Shown here: positions 9,164-15,196 of the stretch, piece after piece | Numbering within the stretch: position 1 is the stretch's first letter | Layout of the letters: each line of letters begins with the position of its first letter | NCBI GenBank assembly: GCA_030141605.1 | Contig: JAQGDQ010002510.1 | Coordinates: 1-15,196, forward strand | Direction of reading: 5' to 3' | DNA length: 15,196 bases | Origin: Tubiluchus corallicola | Lineage: Eukaryota; Animalia; Priapulida | Program-made: the position numbers and the translations under genes | Notes under the pieces: generated by a model | Seen by the model: the letters and a program-made list of their open reading frames with translations, nothing else | Database searches by the model: none | What the model was told of the DNA's origin: nothing

Positions 9164-11080
9164 ATGATATTGTTTTTTAAAAATATACGTAATATAATTT
9201 GTTGCATTTTTCTTTTAGGAATGTTGTATTACTGTGCCAATCCGGGAAGTCCTCCAGGTGGTAAAAAGGACATAATACCTCCCAAAATGATAAAAAGCAA
9301 CCCAGGATATAAAAGTTTAAATTTTAGTGGTAAAAAGGTAGTGATAGAGTTTGACGAATTTATAGTATTAAAAGATGTTAATGCTCAGCTAGTAATATCA
9401 CCTCCTCTAGAAAAATCACCTGTAGTAAAAGCAATACTTGAAAAATTAACGATAGATTTGAGAGAAAGTGAATTACAGCCTAATACAACTTATTCCTTTG
9501 ATTTTGCTAATGCTGTTACAGATAACAATGAAGGAAATATTTTAGAAGATTTTACTTTTATACTTTCAACAGGTGATAAAATAGATTCTTTGCAGGTAAG
9601 TGGAAAAGTATTAAATTCGTTTAACCTAGAACCAGAAGAGGGAGTGTTAGTAATGCTTTATGATTCCATAGCAGACTCTATACCATATTTAAAACTACCT
9701 GTTAAGATAGCCAAAACAAATGAAGAAGGCTCTTTTACTATTAAATGTATAAAAGAAGGAGTATATAAGATATTTGCTTTGAGAGATGGTAATAGAAACT
9801 ACAAATTCGACTTGTATGATGAAGCGATAGCATTTTCAGATACTTTAATAACTCCTTTTTTTGAAAGAAGAACAAGAAATGACACTTTTTTTATAGATAC
9901 AAGCGTTCAAGAAATAAAAATAGATACTATCATAAATGTAGGATATACAGAGTTTATGCCTAATAATTTAAACCTTTTTTTGTTTGTAGAAAACAAAGAA
10001 CAACAATACATAATAGATAAGAAAAGAGAAGAAAAAAACAAATGTGAATTTATATTTAATCAGCCTCTGAAAGAAAAACTACAAATGGAACTCTTGAATG
10101 TAAAAGAAAACAATGATAGTTGGTATGTGGAAGAAAAGAATTTAGAAAATACTGAAATAATTTATTGGGTTACAGACTCTAATATATGGAAAAAAGACAC
10201 TTTAAAATTTGAGATAAAGTATCATATAAGAGATTCTCTTTATAACTATGAATTAAAAACAGATACCATACAATTAAGATATAAGTTTGAAAAAGAACCA
10301 ATAAAAATAACAGAAGATAATACAATGCACCCAAAAGATGAGCTTGAAGAAAATATAACAGAGAAGAAGAGAAGAAGGAGAAGAAAAAAAGAAGAAGAGG
10401 AAGAGGAGATAGTAAAAATACCAAAAACACAATTTCAAACAAATATATCTGGTACTTTTGATATGGAACAAGATATTGTTTTATCTTTTGATGTTCCGAT
10501 TATTACAAAAAATAATAAACATATATACTTATATGAAAAAGTAGACAGTCTGAATCAACCATTGGAATATGAAATACTCCAAGACTCTAACTACATAAGG
10601 CAGTATTACATAAAATATAATTTTGAGCCAGAAAAAACTTACGTGCTTACCTTAGATTCTTTGTCATTTATAGACATTTCTGGTTATACAAATGATAGCA
10701 CTACTCAGGAATTTACAATAAAGGCAGAAGAAGAATACGGAGCTGTATTTATAGATATACAAAACTTAACAGAAACAGCCATAATACAATTATTAGCTGA
10801 AAACAAAGAAGAGAAAGTAGAAAAAGAGATAATTGTCAAATCAGGCGAAGAAGTGGAATTATATTATATTAATCCAGCTAACTATAAGATAAAGATGATA
10901 CTGGATAAAAATAATAATGGAAAATGGGACACAGGAGACTACCTAAAAGGAATACACCCAGAAAAAGTATTATACTATCCAGAAATAATAGAAGTAAAAG
11001 CCAATTGGGATATGGAGCTCACTTGGGACTTAAATAAAGGAGAATGGATAACAAAGCCAGCTCCTCCAACTTCTCCCTAA
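9164..11080 (+). CDS. Bacteroidota lipoprotein with Ig-like (Big_5-type) domain
   Basis: Signal-peptidase-II-like LLGMLYY-C followed by CANPGSPPGGKKD..PP; FDEF, PNTTYS.DF..AV.DNNEGN, and C-terminal DKNNNGKWDTGDY..PE / KANW. Confidence 0.8.
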   Translation: MILFFKNIRNIICCIFLLGMLYYCANPGSPPGGKKDIIPPKMIKSNPGYKSLNFSGKKVVIEFDEFIVLKDVNAQLVISPPLEKSPVVKAILEKLTIDLRESELQPNTTYSFDFANAVTDNNEGNILEDFTFILSTGDKIDSLQVSGKVLNSFNLEPEEGVLVMLYDSIADSIPYLKLPVKIAKTNEEGSFTIKCIKEGVYKIFALRDGNRNYKFDLYDEAIAFSDTLITPFFERRTRNDTFFIDTSVQEIKIDTIINVGYTEFMPNNLNLFLFVENKEQQYIIDKKREEKNKCEFIFNQPLKEKLQMELLNVKENNDSWYVEEKNLENTEIIYWVTDSNIWKKDTLKFEIKYHIRDSLYNYELKTDTIQLRYKFEKEPIKITEDNTMHPKDELEENITEKKRRRRRKKEEEEEEIVKIPKTQFQTNISGTFDMEQDIVLSFDVPIITKNNKHIYLYEKVDSLNQPLEYEILQDSNYIRQYYIKYNFEPEKTYVLTLDSLSFIDISGYTNDSTTQEFTIKAEEEYGAVFIDIQNLTETAIIQLLAENKEEKVEKEIIVKSGEEVELYYINPANYKIKMILDKNNNGKWDTGDYLKGIHPEKVLYYPEIIEVKANWDMELTWDLNKGEWITKPAPPTSP

Positions 11081-11115
11081 TAACGAACTAATAATGAACC
11101 TAAAAACCTTTAAAA

Positions 11116-12732
11116 TTGAAAAACCTAATATTGTTACTAATTTTTATTATTAGTATAACCTTAAAATCACAAACAGTATATTACAGTCATTTAAACACTG
11201 AAGTATATGAATTTTTAGATGAACTTGCTAATAATAAAGTTATTGAAATTAACTCAGCAATAAAGCCTTATTCAAGGGAATTTATTGCAGAAAAACTACA
11301 AGAGGCTATCACTCAAAAGGAAAAACTTACTTCCCGACAACAGAAGGAGGTGGAGTTTTATTTAAAAGACTTTAATAAAGAACTTAAAAAAGATAAAAAC
11401 TTTAAAAAAAGATGGGATGCTTTATATTATAAAGATTCTTTGTTTTCCTTTACACTTAACCCTATTATTGGCGGCGAATTATTAAAAAATAAAACAACCA
11501 GCTTACAAAGAAGATACTGGGGAGCAGAATTTTTTGGATATATAGGCAAAAATGTAGGAATATATGGAAGCTTGAGAGATAAAAATGAAGGGGAAATATT
11601 AGCACTTCCTGATTATTTTACTCAACAAAAAGGAGCAAAATATAAACATAAAGATGTTACAGATGGGGATAACACAGTAGGTGACCACAGTGAGGCACGA
11701 GGAGGAATAACAGTAAGTTGGAATTGGGGTACAGTAGCTATTGTAAAGGACTATTTTACTTGGGGCAACAACAACAACGGAGCTAATATCTTTTCAGACA
11801 AAGCCCCTTCTTTTGGGCAAATAAAGCTATATCTCAACCCTGTAAAATGGTTTGAGTTTAACTATGTGCATGGTTGGCTTGTAAGTGAGATAATAGATTC
11901 TACTCGCAGCTATGAATACGAATATGCAGGTGAAAAATTTCCTAGAAATGTTTTTCATAGTAAATATATAGCTGCTAATATGTTTACTTTTATACCTACA
12001 AAACATTTAAATATATCCATTGGTAATTCCATTATATATAGCGACATAGCAGTGCAAGCAGCCTATCTTGTGCCTTTTTTGTTTTATAAATCAGTAGACC
12101 ACTCTATTGGAGGGATGAATAACCATAGTGGGCAAAACTCTCAAATGTTTTTTGATATTAGTTCACGACAAATAAAATACTTGCATCTTTTTACCTCAGT
12201 ATTTATAGATGAAATAGCACTTCAAAATATGTTTGATGATGAGAAAAGCTCTAATTACGTAAGTTTTAAAATAGGAGCAAGACTGTCTAACTTAATACAA
12301 GATGCTCTCTTCACAGTAGAGTATACTCGTACCAACCCTCTTACTTATCAACATATAGTAGCAACAACAGACAATACTTCTAATGAGTATAATCTTGGGC
12401 ACTATTTACGGGATAACTCACAAAACATATATTTGTCGGCTAAATATAAGCCTATACGTGGACTGTCCTTCCTGTTGGAATTTTCTTATTCAGAACATGG
12501 GCCTAATTATTCGGAGTTTACAGAACAAAGAGAGGGCCTAGCTTTTTTAGAAACAGTAGATTGGAGTGAGCGAGATATAAAGTTTACTAGCAAATATCAG
12601 ATTATTAACGATGGATATATCTATGTTGTTTATAATTATAAAAATACAGAAGGAGAAATAGAAAGATATACTCCTAGTTTTTATTGGGGTAAAACTAATA
12701 CCTACACATTGGGCTTTAATTTTGGATTTTAA
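11116..12732 (+). CDS. Secreted, probably outer-membrane beta-barrel protein (Wzi-like capsule-assembly family is plausible)
   Basis: TTG start, Sec signal peptide, N-terminal KPYSR segment, alternating aromatic strands, EYTRTNPLTY..LGHY, C-terminal YTLGFNFGF beta-signal. Confidence 0.65.
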   Translation: MKNLILLLIFIISITLKSQTVYYSHLNTEVYEFLDELANNKVIEINSAIKPYSREFIAEKLQEAITQKEKLTSRQQKEVEFYLKDFNKELKKDKNFKKRWDALYYKDSLFSFTLNPIIGGELLKNKTTSLQRRYWGAEFFGYIGKNVGIYGSLRDKNEGEILALPDYFTQQKGAKYKHKDVTDGDNTVGDHSEARGGITVSWNWGTVAIVKDYFTWGNNNNGANIFSDKAPSFGQIKLYLNPVKWFEFNYVHGWLVSEIIDSTRSYEYEYAGEKFPRNVFHSKYIAANMFTFIPTKHLNISIGNSIIYSDIAVQAAYLVPFLFYKSVDHSIGGMNNHSGQNSQMFFDISSRQIKYLHLFTSVFIDEIALQNMFDDEKSSNYVSFKIGARLSNLIQDALFTVEYTRTNPLTYQHIVATTDNTSNEYNLGHYLRDNSQNIYLSAKYKPIRGLSFLLEFSYSEHGPNYSEFTEQREGLAFLETVDWSERDIKFTSKYQIINDGYIYVVYNYKNTEGEIERYTPSFYWGKTNTYTLGFNFGF

Positions 12733-12946
12733 AGAAAAGTTATTTTATTATATGTTATAATTAAGAAAAACTAATTATGTACAATTTTACACTGTGTTGC
12801 TTGTATTGTGTTAATCCCTTTCAAACTTGGGGTAGAGAGGAGATAGCAGTTGGAAAAGAGTGCTAAATAAAGGATAAATGCCATATCATTTTGCTATAAG
12901 CTCACTTTTTTTTAATTTCTAATATTTCCTTTCAACAAATAACCCC

Positions 12947-13567
12947 TTACCATATTTTTTTGTATACTTCTAAAAATTCACTTAAAATCATTGCTGTAGC
13001 CCCCCATACAAAGGTTCCATTTATATCAAAATAAGGAACAGACACCTCTATGCTATTGATAAGTTTGCTTGTCTTTTTTATAGCCATAGGGTTGATTATT
13101 TCATTTACATTAATGTTTATTGCTTTGTTTACTTCTTTAGTGTTTAAAGCAAATTCAGGAGTAAAATCAATAAATCCGACAAAAGGAAAAACCATAAAAT
13201 TACTTACAGGAATGTACAAAGGAGTTAGCTTACCAATATATCTTACATCGTTTTTATTTACACCTATTTCTTCTTCTGTTTCACGCACAGCAGTTTCAAA
13301 AAGCTTATCATCATTTTTTTCATACTTTCCTCCTGGCAAACTTATTTCTCCGCTATGAATAGTATTATCAGCAGTTCTTTCTATTAGAACAAAATTTAAC
13401 CTTTCTTTTATAAAATAGAGTAAAACAAGCACACCACTTTCGACAGGAGGATGAGCAAAGTAGTTATTATTGGTATTTCGCACAGAGGGCGACATTAGTT
13501 TTTGAGCCTTCTCCCCCGGCAGGCTTTTTGCTAATTGTTCTTTTAATTTTGTTATAAGCTTATTCAT
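12947..13567 (-). CDS. NUDIX hydrolase, CoA pyrophosphatase (NudL/PCD1-like)
   Basis: HSGEISLPGGK, Nudix box ETAVRETEEEIG, V.PFVG, VWGATAMIL. ATG 13567 preferred over the track's TTG 13585, which lies in a promoter-like TTACTTTG. Confidence 0.92.
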   Translation of the reverse strand: MNKLITKLKEQLAKSLPGEKAQKLMSPSVRNTNNNYFAHPPVESGVLVLLYFIKERLNFVLIERTADNTIHSGEISLPGGKYEKNDDKLFETAVRETEEEIGVNKNDVRYIGKLTPLYIPVSNFMVFPFVGFIDFTPEFALNTKEVNKAININVNEIINPMAIKKTSKLINSIEVSVPYFDINGTFVWGATAMILSEFLEVYKKIW

Positions 13568-13670
13568 TACAGTATATATAGACAAAGTAAAAAGTAATGA
13601 TAAAAAAATAAATACATTTCGTTAAAATAGCAAAAAGAAGGAGGCAATATATGAAGAATAGAGTATATAT

Positions 13671-13704
13671 AAAAAAAACATGGTGCCTCGCGAGAGGCAC
13701 CATG
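13671..13704 (-). terminator. Strong intrinsic terminator on the minus strand
   Basis: Perfect 11-bp stem CATGGTGCCTC (13679-13689) / GAGGCACCATG (13694-13704), 4-nt loop; A8 at 13671-13678 gives U8 on the minus strand. Confidence 0.85.
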
Positions 13705-13805
13705 AAAACCTAAACCTAATATGTAGTCAACGTGTTGACTACAGCCTGCTTGCTTTATTGTTAAAAGTCAAAAATCAACAAAAAACCTTTAACGGCTCAC
13801 AGGCA
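13671..13805 (-). ncRNA. Candidate ~135-nt small RNA with three hairpins
   Basis: Bounded by a sigma54-like promoter and a terminator. 5' stem closed by GCCUG/CAGGC (13804-13800 / 13748-13744), perfect 9-bp hairpin 13722-13743, single-stranded UAUUAGGUUUAGGUUUU linker. No credible ORF. Confidence 0.6.
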
Positions 13806-13815
13806 CTAAGTATAA

Positions 13816-13832
13816 AACAATAAGTGTGCCAG
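13816..13832 (-). promoter_or_regulatory. sigma54 (RpoN)-type -24/-12 promoter
   Basis: Minus strand CTGGCACACTTATTGTT versus consensus YTGGCACGNNNNTTGCW: exact GG-N10-G spacing, with C at -12 replaced by T. Predicted +1 near 13805. Confidence 0.55.
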
Positions 13833-14344
13833 AAATATGTAACATACTTTTGTTCATAACGATAAGATAAATGTAATGCCTTGTTTTATAGTGATTTAAG
13901 TTGTTTTTGCAAAAAAGAAAGAAATAGCCTTTTAACAAAAAATTTTTTCTTCTATCAAAAAATAAATTCATAATGAGCTGACAGTAAGGAGCTTGCGAAA
14001 TTTGCGTAAATTTAGATATAATATAAAACTATTTTTATGTTTGTTTTAAAATGAGAATGAAATGATTTTTTTGAGATTTTTATGATTTTTGATAAAAAAG
14101 ACTATTTAATTTGAAGTTAAATAAATTTAAAAATACTAAGCATAAAATAACTAACAAAAATTTGATTTTTTATTCTTTGAAGCACGAGTTAAAAAAAGAA
14201 AACAGCAATTTTGATTAACTTTATATTAAATTAGAAATGCATTTTATTAATTCTTCGTCTTTTGTTTTAACGTACTATTTTAATTCTAAGAATAAGAAAG
14301 TACTTCTACAAGTATAACCGTTTATTCAAACTCTTCTCCTTTTG

Positions 14345-14445
14345 CAACTTGCAACTTTAGTCGTAGGCTAAATAGAAAATGAGAACAACAAGTACCCCAA
14401 AAATCCATCAACTTTTATATTAAAACTTAAAACTGTATATCGTTA
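14345..14445. repeat. ~100-bp direct repeat, copy 1
   Basis: Aligns with 14653-14753; 33-bp identical core AAAATCCATCAACTTTTATATTAAAACTTAAAA at 14400-14432, plus shared AATGAGAACAACAAG and GCTAAATA. Confidence 0.9.
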
Positions 14446-14652
14446 TCCTTGCTAATATCTCATGCCTTAAAACAAGGAAGTTAAACAACAGTTGATAAAA
14501 CAAATAGAATGTAATATTTATGTAAAAAAACAATACAAGATCATTTGTATTGCATTACATAAAAAATGTATTAAAATGAGAAAATAGAAATATTTTTGAT
14601 ATTGCTTTAAGATAGTAATGTGCTTTACTTCCCCTTGTTTTTAGCTTTGTTT

Positions 14653-14753
14653 CAACCTACAATTGCTAATCGCAAGCTAAATAAAAGAATGAGAACAACA
14701 AGCATCCAAAATCCATCAACTTTTATATTAAAACTTAAAATTGTATACTGTTA
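14653..14753. repeat. ~100-bp direct repeat, copy 2, next to the permease stop codon
   Basis: Identical core at 14708-14740 (offset 308 bp from copy 1); ends 1 nt from the stop codon at 14755-14757. Confidence 0.9.
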
Positions 14754-14754
14754 C

Positions 14755-15195
14755 TTATTTTAATTTATTTATTTTCTCAAACCCTGTTTTTATTATTATA
14801 AAACAAGGAATTAAAAGAATAGCTACAATAGAACTAAAAGTTATTATATTTAAAAAAATCACATTTGATAAATTTAAACTTACTGGAACATAAGATAACT
14901 CATAAGAATCAGGATTTAGTTTTATAATCTTTAAATGAGACTGCAACAAACAAGTGATAATACCCAATAAACTTCCCCAAAACAGACCTTTAAAAATAAT
15001 GAAAGAAGATTGATAGATAAACATCTTACAAATATTCCAGCTACTATAACCAAAAGTTTTTAGTATTTTCACCATTTGTATCCGCTCTAAGATAATGATT
15101 AGCAAATTTGAAACCATTATCACCCCAGAAACTAAAATCATAAGTATAAGAATGGTATAGACATTCATATTTATTAGCTTCAGCCAATCGAAAAT
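14755..15195 (-). CDS. 3' end of a LolC/LolE (FtsX-domain) ABC transporter permease (5'-truncated by the window edge)
   Basis: The frame stays open upstream of the track's ATG to the window edge: IFDWLKLINMNVYTILILM...ILER...LK..G...F..Q...IIKLNPDSY.LSYVPV. Confidence 0.9.
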   Translation of the reverse strand: MFDWLKLINMNVYTILILMILVSGVIMVSNLLIIILERIQMVKILKTFGYSSWNICKMFIYQSSFIIFKGLFWGSLLGIITCLLQSHLKIIKLNPDSYELSYVPVSLNLSNVIFLNIITFSSIVAILLIPCFIIIKTGFEKINKLK

Positions 15196-15196
15196 T

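Noticed and set aside
12733-12946. Riboswitch, ncRNA or bidirectional terminator in the convergent gap
   Set aside because: Only short, weak complementarities (ATAGCA/TGCTAT, ATAATTA/TAATTAT); no convincing stem or known motif.
13789-13971. 60-aa minus-strand ORF
   Set aside because: F/K/L/N-rich translation of A/T tracts with no motif, and it runs through the sigma54-like promoter. Not fully excluded: if real, the hairpins could be its 3' UTR.
14345-14753. CRISPR array or duplicated small peptide genes
   Set aside because: Only two ~100-bp units 308 bp apart with no cas genes; the short ATG-initiated frames differ between copies on both strands because of indels.

Overview
AT-rich chromosomal window from a Bacteroidota bacterium, probably Bacteroidales-like (inferred from gene content, A-rich SD-less leaders and TAnnTTTG promoter-like motifs). 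Left to right: the 3' end of a bactofilin-like gene, then an F0-only ATP synthase cluster (atpZ/atpI-like, atpB with a 1-nt frameshift, atpE, atpF) followed directly by fabD instead of atpH/atpA/atpG. Next come a minus-strand rpiB-lutB-GT2 group and a very AT-rich ~400 bp divergent gap with degenerate DnaA-box-like 9-mers (oriC candidate). After that: ruvB with three envelope genes, a CoA-pyrophosphatase NUDIX gene, ~1.2 kb of non-coding DNA and the 3' end of a LolC/E-type permease. The best candidate for an undescribed system is in the non-coding stretch. A correctly spaced sigma54-type -24/-12 motif on the minus strand precedes a ~135-nt three-hairpin RNA that ends in a strong intrinsic terminator. 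Its AGGUUU-repeat segments are perfectly complementary (12 nt and 11 nt) to the start-codon region of the nearby outer-membrane protein gene. All calls are by eye; no searches or folding programs were run.
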